From Obrimoposthia wandeli (Eukaryota): a stretch of DNA of 64,000 nucleotides. Made by a program: the position numbers and the translations under genes. The notes beneath the pieces are model-generated. The model had not been told where the DNA came from. It did not search any database and saw only the letters and a program-made list of their open reading frames with translations. Of the stretch, positions 39,485 to 53,160 are shown in pieces. The stretch covers positions 186,001 to 250,000 of the forward strand of contig CDROCS010000148.1 of assembly GCA_977020255.1 (NCBI GenBank), in the 5' to 3' direction. Position 1 is the stretch's first letter. Every line of letters starts with the position of its first letter.

Positions 39485-39780
39485 CTAGAAAGCCACATGG
39501 CGACGATGTTTCGGTTCTTGTCTAAACCGAATAGCTCTATGAATCTTTAAGATTTCAGCACCAAGAAAAACATAGAATTGTAGTAAACGGAAATGTATTA
39601 CATAATGCTCTTTATCATTATTATGTGTTAAAAGGAATTTAGGAGTTTTTGATTTTGGTGGACACATCTTATGAGGTCCAATAGGTAAGTCATCAACTTT
39701 ATAATGTATACAATCCGTAATATGTAAATCTACTTCAACAAGAAAACCCCATACGGTTTTACTCAAATCTTTTTCACTTC
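39485..39780 (-). pseudogene. Polinton/Maverick protein-primed DNA polymerase B fragment, inverted segment
   Basis: GFLVEVDLHI...DDLPIGP...HYVIHFRLLQFY..LG..I.KIHRAI.F.Q, the pPolB region preceding motif B. Confidence 0.88.
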
Positions 39781-40619
39781 AAAATTCATAGGGCTATTCA
39801 GTTTAGACAAGCACCCATTTTAAAACAATATATAGATTTTAATTCAAACAAGCGGGCAACTAGTGTTAATAAGTTTGAATATTAGTTTTACAAATTAAAA
39901 AATAATTCCGTTTACCGTAAAACGGTTGAGAATCTTAAGAGTCGTCTTGGTATTAGATTATGTAATAATGATAAACGGTTTGAAAAATTAGTTTGGAGTC
40001 GTTGGTTTAAACGTCGTATTCAAATAAATTATGATTAGATCGGCCTTCATATATCGGCCAAGCTGTACTTGATCTATCTAAATTACGAATGTATCAATTA
40101 CAATATGTTGAGCTTGAACGGTATAGGCAAACTTTTAATTGTAGTATTAGAATTGTAGCTATGGACACAGATTCTTTTTTCCTTGAATGTGTGAATATTA
40201 ATAAGGATAAATTACTCAAATAAATTATTAAGGATGGGTATTTAAATACGAGTAATTATCCTAAAACACATCCTTTGTATTCGGAAAACTTTAAAGCTGT
40301 AATTGGAAAATTTAAAGATGAAAGTGAGGGTACTGATTATAATGAATGGGTTTTCTTTAAACCAAAATGTTATTCACTTCAAAATAAATTAAGGGCTAAG
40401 GGTATTTATTTTAAACATACTAATTTAAGACACCAAGACTACCTCAATTGCTGTGAAAATGAAGAAATTATTAGTGTTAACCAGTCACGTATAGCATCGG
40501 TTAACCATCAGCTTCATACAACATTTTCCTCTAAAGTTGCTTTAAAATGTTTTGACGATAAAAGGAGATGTGTTAATAAGAATAAAAGCCTTGCATACGG
40601 TCATTTTAATTTAACTTAA
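39781..40619 (+). pseudogene. Polinton/Maverick pPolB C-terminal half, decayed
   Basis: KIHRAIQFRQAP, FYKLKNNSVYRKT (motif B), YIGQAVLDLSK, DTDSFF (motif C), IGKFKDE, KPKCYS, KAKG-like LRAKG and DDKR; contains stops and a frameshift. Confidence 0.92.
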
Positions 40620-43600
40620 TAATTTTAAATAAAATATATAGCTTTGTTATTGTTGTTTTTATTATTATTTAATGTCATCATTAGTACACACTCATTCACT
40701 TGTATATATTAATACAACTTTTGTTTTACATCGCTTTATTTATTATATAGGATTATTTTGATTAGTTGACCAATTATATTGAAGTTAGTTTTTTATATAA
40801 TCGAAACACTTTAGTTTTAAAATCATTTCATCATTATGACTCTAAGTACTTTAGACATGTTATGCGCTCTTCGTATCAAACTTAAAGAAGACATTTTCAA
40901 ACTATATACAGCCCAATATTTTTCATTATATTGTTCTCCGGAACTTTTCGAATTAAGGATAGTAGAACTTTTTCAATATCATCAACGTAAATTTTTTATT
41001 TTTAAAATATTTAATATGCATTTAATAGTTATGGGAGATATTCAATACTACTATCATCATGAGACGCCGATTCGTAATCATATGAATAAATAATTTATTG
41101 ATATTATTTATCTTTTTCAAGGTTAAAGGTTTACTATAAACAAAAGTAATATAAATAACTTATCGTTGCCAAAGGTGCTGCCCGGTCTTTGGATGAAGGG
41201 CTCCCCTCTTAGGAGGCTCCACAAGGGATACTTTGGCCACTTAAAATCTACTTATGTTTTGTTTTAAACGGTAAGATATAGTGCGATATTTGAAAAAGGT
41301 CTTGAAATCATGCATACTACGCAAAAAATGGTTTTGCAGTGAAGGGTACTCCCGGGGGGTACTTGCATTATATGCAGGATTTTGAGACTTGATGAGTCAT
41401 TTTAAGCCATTTTAACGACATTATGTCTAAAAATGACTAGATATAGACATTTTTAGGCACTATAGGGTTTAGTACCGACACTATACTACTAAGATACATA
41501 ATATAATTATAAACGCCCAATGATTTTAAAGCGCCATTGCGAATCCCACTGCCCATTCATATAATAAATATATATAAAAATGTGTATTTCATTCTGAGGT
41601 AGGGTACTGGAGTAGTGTATTATTCCAACAATGACAATCTGAAATTATGATTATTCTCTTTGAAAACGAGGAACAAATTAACGTATGTACATCAGATGAC
41701 GATGCTCATTATTTGTGCTACAAGCTCTGACTTGTGTAAAACAAACGAGACAATTTTGAGCTGTGATTTGTAAATATCAAAAATTCATTATGTCATTGTT
41801 TCATTTTTCAAAATTGGTCTTGAATAGATTGAACTTCTTGTTGGTACTCATGCTTTGATGATTTCACAAATATTACGGTAAACTTTAAGTTCAAATATCA
41901 AAAGCGATTTGAATAGGATATTCTATGGCATTGTCGAGGGGTGACAAGTGACCGATCGTCCAGACCAGAAACAATGAAAGGTAGATTTGATTGTCAATGT
42001 TGGTATTGAGGAAGCGGGATAACACTACCCTACACCATCACTTCGAGAATATTTGAAGTCGTTCTTATGATCACGAATGTCTGGGAACAGGCTAAATTGA
42101 CTTATGAGAATGAACTTTCGACGAGATTGAGGCATAAACTTTAATAGACTTTAATTAACAAATTTGCCATTCAGAACAGAAAGCATGCTTTTGTTTTATA
42201 AACTACCATTATTTACTCTCTACTTGTTGCTTGGAGAAATTTTTAAATGTTTGTGAAGTGTAATTGTCTCATGGAAATGTTTAATATACCAATGTTCTGT
42301 ACATTTCCTATTCTAAATATTTTCCTATCCTGTAGTCAGTACTCATGTAATTAGTAACAAACAAATTGCAGCTCAATATCTTCGCATGCATACTTAATAA
42401 TTTGTGTAAATTGACCAAATTCGGAATACAATAGGTCTACTCAATTAAAATTATCATAGCAGATGATGGACTGGGACTTTTTGACGTACTTAACGAGATT
42501 CAATCGTTTTCATGTGTGATGTTTTTACTTCTATATCCAGACAAACTTGTCCTCTGTGGCGGTGAGTCCCATAAACTCTTCGTTTGGCAAACCCAAAAGT
42601 GACAGCAATGGCTCAGAAAACGATCAAAGAACTGAGGTGAGAGTGATATGTTGATTGAAAATATTTTTTTGTAAATTGAAAGAAACATGTAAATATTTGA
42701 TAAAAAAACAAGTTGATGTCCAATTAAAGAAAATCATATAAACATAAGTGAAGATTTTTTGGCTAAAAATGTGGTGAAGATTTCATTTGAAAAAATCGAC
42801 GGTCAAAGATATATCAAAATTTAAGTTTTCTGAATTTGAATAAAAGCTTAAAGGGTATATAAGTTCTTTGAAAGTGAAGGGTGCAATTCTTACAGATGCG
42901 TTACTGTCAAAAAAACATATCAATTTGCAATATGCATTAATTTTAATGAATTGAAAACCTTAGGTGGTTGGTTTCTTTAATTTAATCCGCGTAACCAGAA
43001 TTACTTGAGAAGATTTTTTGGAAGATAATTTTTATGTATGAAGTGCCATACTTTATGAGGGAGTTTACATTTTAGGATAAACCTGTTAATGTCCGTATCA
43101 GATGTAGCATTTCCATAAATCACCGATCCTACATGCTCAGTCCTAGCAATTGCGATCTGGTTGTGGAGATTGGCACTGACTCCTTTGTTATCGTCGCTTG
43201 TGAGTACGGTATCAACATTACCCTTCTTAATGCAAATACTACTTCATAATTTTCACCATCTGTAGCACTTATAGGGATTATAATTTCGAGATTCAACTTC
43301 ATTGTTGCCTTAACGTTTTCCATAAATATATATATATATTTTAATTACGGAAGATTCATGAAATGCGTTTAAGAAACAGTAAAGGAAAATAATATTATTT
43401 GTTCTTTTACTCTTTTCTAAGGAACGTTTATGAATAGACCTATTGAAATCATATTGAACAAGCTTGAAAGGGTCAACTTCTTGAATCTTTTACAAATGTG
43501 AAATTAAATAAATGACAAATAAATATCAATCCAAGTTTGTTCAATGACGAAGCCCATTTGCAAACGTAGTATTATTCTTCTGTATTATATTACAAACTCA

Positions 43601-45581
43601 GAAAGCACTTAACCGGGAGTATTGTTTCAAAGGATTGAAAATGGATAATTTACTTAAACAATCTACTGTACATATCAATAGGCACAGATAACTGCTCCAG
43701 TTTTATGATACACTCATTATCGAGACCTGCTTCATTTAGCCGCATTTCCCTTAAATTCGCTACATGCGTTCGTTAAGTTATATTTACCATACATAGACAT
43801 ATAAAACTGAATGTATCTACATCAGTACCCTATAAAAACAAATTAACAAATAAAATATAAAGTTCTTATACTAATAAAAAAGCCTAAAAAGAGAATAAGT
43901 ACATAATCAATTTTTTATTAAACCCTCTAAACAGCAAAAAAATATTCAAAGGAATTATGAAGAAAACAGATTTCTCTTAGTTAGAGCTTTTAAAAGTTTT
44001 GCAGATTGCGATTTTAAATTGTGTAGTGCAAAATTATATAATCAGTGCCACTTCGAATTAGAAATTGGACGAAAATTGATACCTAGTTGAATTCGAGCTC
44101 TATATAAAATAATGCACTTCATATATACACAAAAATTTACAGTTGAAACTTGATATTTGTTTGCAAAACCCTCTTAACGTAATTTTTGCCCCTAACTTTG
44201 AGCCTGGATTAAAACGTTCACTAACATATAAGATCCCGTTTAAATGGAAATTTAGTATACAAGTCGTGATGAATGTCTGGTCACCGTTTTCAAAGTTTCA
44301 ACCGGATATCTTAATTACTTTCGGAGGTATTTTTACATCAAGTCGAAATGATCAAAATTTCAACATTTTGCAACAAAGTATTGAAATTCCAAATTCAGGC
44401 ACGCACAACCTTTGAACTCACTGCCGAAAATCGGATTGTCAAGCACTTTTCACCAATGAAAATAGCATCGTTCAAAACAGTTTTGGGTTGGAATAGAATC
44501 TGTGCAGTTTGGTTATTATATTTTTGATACATTTTCCATATGCTGTGTAGGTCAAAGGAAATGCGCTAATTATAAACTGTATCCACAGTTCAAAAAAGAG
44601 CCACCATGAGCCCCGAAGTCCAGAATATCATGCAAACAAAACTTTATTAAATGACTTCAAAGATTTGGTCACTAAATTAGGGCTTATTTGCATTTTTTAT
44701 ATAATATTTTGTAACTTAAATCCAATAGTTTGGTTAGAATTTCACACGTTCCTTCTTTCCATTTTTAAGTCAAAATGAGCATGGAGAATCCATTGATGGT
44801 ATTTAGAAAAATGTTTAAAATATATATAATCAATACTAAAAATACGATTAAATTGTTGAGAATTTCCTCAATGCGAGCTTAAAAAGCATATATTGTGTGA
44901 AAATATCTTTTGAATTTATACAGATGTACCTGAAACTTTGGAAACCGTGATCGAACATAGATCACCTTCTTTATCGCAAATTGCCGTTTAATTTGGATCT
45001 TACACCCCAATATCATTTTTTAAAAATCCGACTGAAACAGTTGAATAACTTGAGGCATGTAGGAATAGTGGAAGTGCATATTTTGTAGCAGAAATCCTTA
45101 CATTTCAATAAACTTTTTGAGCTAAAACAGTTTTAATGTCAGATTTGACTTAGAAAAATACTTTTCTTTCGCTAGAAAATGGCAAACGCTGGATTAAATT
45201 AGTTAATAATGCGTTAACGATATGTTATAATTTAAGTTTTTATTATAAGATTCATTGTACAGATACTATATTTATGAAATGAAACTACTATCATCAAATA
45301 GGTTAAAAAATTCAGAACATGTGTCATTAAATGTACAAATTTTTTTTAGAACAATTTAAATAAATAAATATTCAGTAGTTTTCTTGATTCAAATAAACAA
45401 TAAAAGGTTGTATGATATTAATTTTCAAAATAAAGGTTATTAAATATTTTAATTCATAATTTTTTTTTGAAATATCATTTAATAAATTAAAATTTGAAAT
45501 TACGTAATTATTTTGTTTAAGTATTGAAAATAATTTATAAAATGCAATATTTGAAAATCGTTTTATAAAAATACAATATAA

Positions 45582-46194
45582 TTATTGTAATTCGTTGCAT
45601 GATTTAATTATATAGGGACATCTGACTGTGATGATCTATGTTTCTGAACTCGAATTCTAAATATAATTTAATATTATAACCGTTTGTTGATATTTTTGAT
45701 GGTCCATATTTTGTACTATTTTATCATCAAACTAAATTAGGGGTTAATCGGTGTCAGTTGGCTTTCTGTCAGTTGTCAATCCATTAACGCACATTCTATA
45801 TAAAGTCAAATTTATACTATTTCGTTTGTTGATATTTTTATGGTACATTTTCTTTATCCATTTATTGACAAACTAAATTAGGGGTTAATCGGTGTCATTT
45901 GGCTTTCTGTCAGATTTCAATCCATTAACGCACATTCTATCTGTTACCATAATAAAGTTTTTTAATAGATTAATGATGAATAGCTAATTCTGATTCCTGA
46001 CAGTTCAATGATAGGCCTGATAATCTATTTTAAAATTATGTATTAATATTATATATATATTTCACAAATCTACTTATTTGTAAAAACTTTATATAACGTA
46101 TTATATATTTCAAAAATCTATATTTAAATGGAGTTTTATATGGTTTTTGTAATATATACAAGCAAATTGTTATTGTACAAATGTCATATAATAT
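45582..46194 (-). repeat. Unclassified ~600-bp dispersed repeat with internal ~141-bp tandem duplication (copy B)
   Basis: Reverse complement of 7321-7923; the ccattaacgcacattct units start at 45781 and 45922. Confidence 0.9.
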
Positions 46195-46601
46195 GTAAGC
46201 TATAGTTGTAAATATATGATGTCATCTGCTGTGTGTCATTTGTTGTCTGATAACTTGATCTCTTGTATGTATTATTTGTCTATCTGCATGCCGCAATATG
46301 CGATCTTGGATAGCTTTAATTAATAACACTCCTAATACCTAACTAATAGGTATTCCTGACAGATATAATTTTAATGATAACGTTTTTTAAATTGTATCAG
46401 ACATTATAAAAATATATATTTCAATATTTTTAAATATACAGTTTTTAACTATATATATACTAAATGCTGATAAAATTTTCTGTATACGTCAAATAAAATC
46501 TCAAATAAACAATATTTAATTTTTTTGAAGGTCAAATATTAATAAAATTAAACGAATTATATTTTCACTAGTAATTATAATTTAGATTTTCGATTAACGT
46601 A

Positions 46602-47520
46602 CACCCAATCCAACTGATTAGTGCCGTTATAAAGAGTCGGCATGTAATCCTATAATATAAGATGAAATTAGTAATAATAAATAGCAAAACTTACCGATAA
46701 AAAACAGCATCTATCCAAAATGAATGTTGCCGTAAAAACTGAATAATTACCTACTATAGAATGCATGCAGTCACACGTCTAGAGGGCAGGAAAAAAATGT
46801 GTTTGTGATTTTTTACTATAGGGTGTGTTAACAAAATGAATAGTGCCGTAAAAAGTCATTAGTGCCGCTTTTTTTTATTAAAATACATAGAAAATATACC
46901 CCTAACGATGAAAGGATAGTAGTTTAAGAACTATTAAATGTTTTATGAAGATTTGGAGATTATGTTTTATAATATTATATTAAAAAAAAACTTTATAACT
47001 GACCGTAACTCCGATGTTAGTCGTTTTTCAGAGAAAATCAAAGGAAAATGTAGTTTTCTTCATAATTAAGAATATTATGAGCTCAAAGAGGTCTTGATTG
47101 CAGCATGAGATTGGAATCTTCTTTTTATAAAGGAGCGCACAGTCAGGGGAATTGTTTGCAAACTATAGGAGCAAACTAATAATATCAGCAGGGGCTCCAA
47201 AGGAGTATTAAAATCAAGAAATCCAAAAATGGCGGTAAATTTGTTATTGGAGAGGCGGGATCAAAATCCGTACACGACACTGATAGATATGGCTCAATTT
47301 CTCAGATATAAAGGATTCAATGTTTGGACAAATATGACATTTTTGGTACCTGAGTTCATTTTAATATAATTTTAATAAAATAATCACCCTTTCTTGTCTT
47401 ATTCATGTATAATAATCCAAAATAATTCTAAAATTATTAAAAAAACACATAAAAAGTGCAAACTTACGAGTAAACGGCACTAATCATATTGCTATCGGCA
47501 ATATCGACTTTGATTGGGTG
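46602..47520 (+). mobile_element. IS630/Tc1-type non-autonomous element with both TIRs and TA TSD
   Basis: TA|CACCCAATC...GATTGGGTG|TA, with GATTAGTGCCG repeated in both ends. The internal HTH-like remnant reads LLLERRDQNPYTTLIDMAQFLRYKG. Confidence 0.75.
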
Positions 47521-48499
47521 TATTATAAAATTAAAGATAACCCATTCTTTTACAATTAATATATTTTAAAACGAAACTAAATTAATTTGAAATTAACAAA
47601 TACGAAAATATTATTAAAAAGTATATATATTACAAAGAATATATGTGATATCGTTTCATTAAAAATTGTATATTTACTGATTCAATGAAAGTCATTGTAT
47701 AATTTATTTCTATTATAACAAAAAGTTTATTCTAATCAAACTGTTGTTTTCCGAGTTGGTTATATTGACACTTGCTTCTAGGTAAAAATTGCCAAAATAT
47801 AGTATTTTTCCCTATTAGTTTAGATTGAATTATTGTAAAATCTGCTTACCAAAATGGCATAATAGTCATTCGTATTTAAACGTGCCAAAAACCATTTTAC
47901 ATTAGGATAATTTGAGGACGTATATCTCCAGTACAGCTTTAAACTGGTTAACCAATTCATAAAAAAAATCAATATACAGGTGGGTCACAGCGAGAATGCC
48001 AAGAACAAAGATAACAGCTGTCAAATAACGATTGAAATTGAATTACAATATTCGTTTTCGTTAGACTTGTTTAATTTATTATCTTAATTACAAGCCCGGG
48101 TGGACACAGTCGTTAAATATATATTTTTCTCATTACCAGAAACTTCTATATTCATTTCGAGTTGTTCTAATCTAATGGTGATTATGGTTCCATTCAATAA
48201 ATTTATTGAATAATTTTGTCCTTATGCAACATTTTTGACTTACACTATATCTGTGAGCGATATTGAAAATATATTTAAAATCTTCTGAATGCTGAAATCT
48301 ATACTGATGTGTTGCTCACAAAAAATATTATATAATTATTAGCGTGATTTTATAGTTTCGAAAATCATGTACAAGTTTAAGTAAACTGATTTCATTTTTC
48401 CACATGTTTCTTTGTCGAAATTATATAATTGCTATAATATGGATCTAAAATTTTTTAATGATGTAACAATTTTAGTTGTAAAATTAAAAGGACTATTTT

Positions 48500-49100
48500 G
48501 TCGAAAATTAGGAATTTCGTTTGAAAGTCGAACAAAACTTTGTGTTGATTCTGACTAAGAAATCACATTTTCTGATGAAAATAAAACTGCGGATATTACT
48601 AACATAAAGCTTATTTAAAAATGAATTTCAAAGATATGGATGAAAATATTATTTCATTAAAAAGTAAAATTTCGTTCTTGATGAAAATATTACAATGAAA
48701 TATTAAAGTGATAAAAAAATTCAGAGATTTATCTAAAAATAATTTACCGCTGATATATGTACAATGTCAAGGCAGGGATTTTTATGTAAAAACTGGATTT
48801 TCAAAATTCTTTATTAAATCGATCGCAAAAAAATTAAACGAATATGTCAGAATAAAAGAAAAGTACTCGTTAAAGTGGATAATTTTATGAAGATTAATAT
48901 CAGAATTCAATGCTAGACCTAACTTTTTATTAAGCCCGAATATTTATATGATCTTTTCGAGCCTGGTGCGGTCAAGAAATTCTGAAATAACAATTGTTTT
49001 TTGTTTCGAATCTTTTCACCAATTTACCTATGAATATAAGAAACTTTAATTATGTTTAAAAATTCAAGAAGCATCTGAAGACTTTTTCGTTCAAATTTTA
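48500..49100 (+). mobile_element. L2/CR1-clade LINE 3' fragment (copy 5)
   Basis: FVLDENITMK, aatatttatatgatcttttcgagcctggtg and aaaaattcaagaagca shared with the other copies. Confidence 0.68.
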
Positions 49101-50449
49101 TCGCTCTATTTAATCATCTAAAATAATTTTGTGCATAAATATTAATGAAAGGAGCTAGAGAGTTTGAAGGAAGTGTGTAGAAGATGCCCAGTGCACTAAA
49201 ACCGGCCAGTAGTTTAAGGTGTCATGGCGAATCCGGCGTGTTGGCTGTGGGGGAGAGTTGGTGTGTGGATGCATCGTAAAGAAGTAACTCGACACCGACG
49301 ACGACGAAGAGATGGTTACAGCGCCGAGTCCGGGCCTGATGTCAACTTAATTGAGCGAGTGCATAATTGATTGTGCACATGCAAATGGCCAGGTCGCTCC
49401 ACTGTCTAAGCGACTTTGAAACAGTGGTCGTCAGCATCTTTCGTATGCTATTCTTCCTGAATTGCGGCTTCTACGATCGATTGAGACCATCCGGCATACA
49501 AGTGTATATTTAATATAGCTCACAAATGTAGTCAAAAGGCTACCCTGACCTCTCATCAGAATTAGGAGATATCGACACTGTTTTTTGATATTGATTTTAG
49601 TTAATCAGAGTCGGATTAATTTAGCGTAAACCGCTTTTCATCAGACCATATGTTATTTTTAGAATGTAATGAATTTTGTAGGCGATTCTTAGGCGTTTTA
49701 TTTCGTTTGAAGTTGAGCTTTTTTGTTTTGATTTAACTTTTTCTCATTTAACAATTTGTGATTGGTAATAAATCCGCTCTAGAGTCACATGGAATCTATA
49801 TGGGTTTTGTCAAGCTCTCAAGGATCACCTATATTCATTTTTATCAACTAAATTAAACTTTACTCTCATTGATTGTTCTCTCCTAATATATTTTCTTGGC
49901 CTTCCAGTAACATTGGATTCTTAAAACAATTGATTATTGTAAAGGGATGGTGATTAGAATTAAATACCTTGCTTCAAGATTTAATTTTGATACACCTCTA
50001 AATATTATGCTGAAAATAATAATAAACTTTCTGTATAATTATGGTACACTTACGATTGTACTACACTCGGTTAGACTGAATTCCAAAGCCCATAATAAAA
50101 TGAAATTATCTCTAAACACACACTTATAAAAACTTACCAATCAACATAAATGAATACCATAACGAAAATGAATTCCTTAAATATATGGATACATACATGC
50201 ATGGGTAGAATTTTTATGTGTGATTTTAATATATAGGGAAGAAAAACAAAATGAATATCAACATAGAAAATTATTAAAACGTGGTTATTTACGTGTTATT
50301 TGAAGTTTCAGACGAATCTATGGGTACGGAAAGGTAACTTAATAGAGCAAAAAATGAATCATGAGGTAGGATAGAAACAGAAAAAAAAGTGAAAAAAATC
50401 GAAAAGTGAAAGTTTTGGGGTATATTTTCCTAATTTCAATGTTTTAGGA

Positions 50450-51010
50450 AAGCTATAAAGTACAAACAAAGACTAATAGACTCCTATCTGAATGAGAAGG
50501 ATTCTTTCCTTTTGGCACGGCAATTGGGAATTAACAAACACAACACGAGATATATCATATTTATTTACAGACAAACAAACGTTTCTGAAATCACAAGTTT
50601 CAAAATCCATCTTTAGAAAGCATGGTGCGATTTTTTGTTAGTAAAAGCCTTTCTGCTGAGAAATCTATTATTAGATATGATTCAACCCTATCCAAATATT
50701 TGCTTTTGTTGATACATTTTTATTGGGTGATTCTTTGGAGAAAAAATTATAAATCTGTACCGAAAGATCTGTTTTCTTAGTTCGGTAAAACACGGCATAG
50801 ATAATCAAATAAGTAAGTCTAGTGTACAATATATATTAAAGAAGTATATGTTAAAATATGGCAAACCAAAGTAGGCTTCTGTTCTTACCACATATAACAA
50901 AATAAAGCGAGCAAATGTTGTTAAAATATAAAAAAATAGAAAAGAAGAAGAATATCACCAAAAGATCGTTTTTAGGGATATAAAACGATTTTGTCTCAAC
51001 GGACTTTAGT
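50450..51010 (+). mobile_element. IS630/Tc1-type transposase fragments
   Basis: KQRLIDSYLNEKDSFLLARQLGINKHN (HTH), ISKSSVQYILKK and KIVFRDIKRFCLNG (similar to VIFSDE.KF.L.G). Confidence 0.5.
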
Positions 51011-51799
51011 AAAAAGTAAATTAAATATATACAATATTATACTTACTTATTTTTTCCAAACAGTTTTGTTCACAATTTTTGAATTTTTTAAATTGGTATA
51101 TAAAGATATTTTAAAGTGTTATTGACATATATTTGTTAAAAACTTCTTTTGTTGTTGACTCATAAGACCAATGATAAATCTTTACTACAATTACCCTTTG
51201 TCTCGATTTGGAGCCATCCCCGTTTATAAGTCGCATTATTTAATTAATTCGAAATTTCATTTAACTGAATTGCATATCATAGTTACAAACAAATGTAATG
51301 TTTCCAATAATAATAATTCATATTTGTTTAAATATTTATTTTAAACTAAAATAACATGAGAGAGGACTTATTCAACTAAAGCTACTCCACTTCTCTATCT
51401 ACCCGAGGTTGGTGCTTGTAATTTAAAATTTTGTCTGAAAATGCAAGGGGTTGATTGTGAAAAAAAGGGAATATTATTTGGGTAGTTACCAAGAAAATTA
51501 ATATTCCAAGATATTTTCAGGCTGAATCTTGATTATATATCCAATACAGTAAAATATGGATAACTCGTCATATCAAGGAAAGAAGAAACACGGCAACTTA
51601 ACAGGGGTGACGATTTACCCGCGGTTAAGCAATATTTCAAACTCTAACATTCATAAAATATATTATAATGTGTTTATATCATTAATTCTTCATTTTTGTT
51701 GTCATCTTAGGCTGAAAAGTTGCAAGGAAGTTCGTTTGACAGCTTTGATTTATTCAACGGAATCGATTTTATTTCGAGACTAGAATATTTTTAAAGTTT

Positions 51800-52200
51800 C
51801 TAAAGGTTTCATTTTTTAATTTACCTTCATCACCTACCATACGGAGAGTAATTTCCTGTGTCACTTTGAAGTGTTGTATCCAACCTTCATTACATACAAA
51901 GTTCTTATCACCAATTTGTCAAAGTCCCTTACTTTATCTATTAGTAACGAACCATTTATAGGAATATCTTTGGATCTCATGTCTGAACCAATTTAAGAGT
52001 CATTCACCCAGATGTGAATTTGCTGACAAGCGCATTCTTTTACGCTGACTTGAAAAACTTCCATAAATTTTACGATATCCTCTCGCTTTCTAATTTTGTT
52101 CTGGAAATTTGTCTCTTGACATCGTATTTATTTTTAACATCACTTTTAGAAAGTTTATTATTTTCGTAATCTAGAAAATTTTTTGACTTCTCTTTAATTG
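51800..52200 (-). mobile_element. pogo/Tigger N-terminal CENP-B-type HTH fragment
   Basis: Minus strand reads RKRMRLS...LLNWF...IPINGSLLIDKVRDF...FVCNEGWIQHFK. Confidence 0.7.
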
Positions 52201-52379
52201 ATAACTGATACTGTAAATTAATTATTTAATTTATTCTTTATAAATATAAAATGTTTGTATTTTAAAATAGATAGTAGATATTGTTAAAAAATAATTTTAA
52301 GTTAGAAAAAAATTTAATTCTTAATATTTAAACAATTTAATAAATAAAAAAAATGTAGAGCTTTCTTAAGATACCAAAC

Positions 52380-53160
52380 ACAGAGGGCTACGGCAATTAG
52401 GAAAAGTATATCAAAAGTGTAAAGTTGAACCATACGAAATGTCAGAAAATCAAAAAATGAGAGAGTAGAAATTTGTAAAAGGGGCTAAAATATCCATTGG
52501 ACAATAAATTTTAAACCTAATTATTACTAGTGATGAAAAATGGGTTTATTTACACAACTCAGATAAATGAAACCAGCGGTTAGGTGTTGGTCAGTCCACA
52601 GAACCAGTATCTAAAGTCAGAAGGTTCGACAAGAAGTACTTACTGTGCGTTTGATGGAATTTCGAATAAAAAATTCACTTTGAGCTGCTTCATGAGGATG
52701 AAACTACAAACGCTGATCTCTATTGTGAACAACTAGATAGAATGCATTCATATTTTAGAGATAAATATTCTTATTTAGTTAACCGAAAGAACGTAGTACG
52801 GCAGCATGATAACGGGAGACCACACATCTCTAAAAACGTCTGAAAAACGACAAGGTTTTAGTGCCATCGAATTGTTACCACATCCAGCTTATAGCTCAGA
52901 CGTAACTGTTTACCACCAGTTTATATAGATTGAATCTCTTCTGAAAGGTAGGCGCTCCAATGATGGTGTGGAAAAGAGATGTCTGGAGATTTTGAGTCTA
53001 AATCCAAGGACTGGTATTTTTGTGGAATCAGAAAATTAGCAGAAAGATGGCAGCAAATCATAGATCATGATGGACGCTATTTCAAATGTCAATTTTTTTC
53101 TCGTAATTTTATTAAAACATTTTCTGAAAAAAAACGAAAATACTTATGAGACACCTTAAT
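52380..53160 (+). mobile_element. Decayed mariner transposase with 3' TIR
   Basis: IITSDEKWVY, HFELL..ET.NADLYCEQL, QHDNGRPH, LPHPAYSSD and KLAERWQQII..DG.YF; ends gaaaatacttatgagacacctta|ata. Confidence 0.9.

Larger units (their letters stand above)
39485..41490 (+). mobile_element. Polinton/Maverick terminal fragment ending at an ACTACT terminus
   Basis: pPolB points toward ...gacactatACTACT (41485-41490; AGTAGT on the other strand), 871 bp after the polB stop. The partner end and TSD were not found. Confidence 0.62.
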
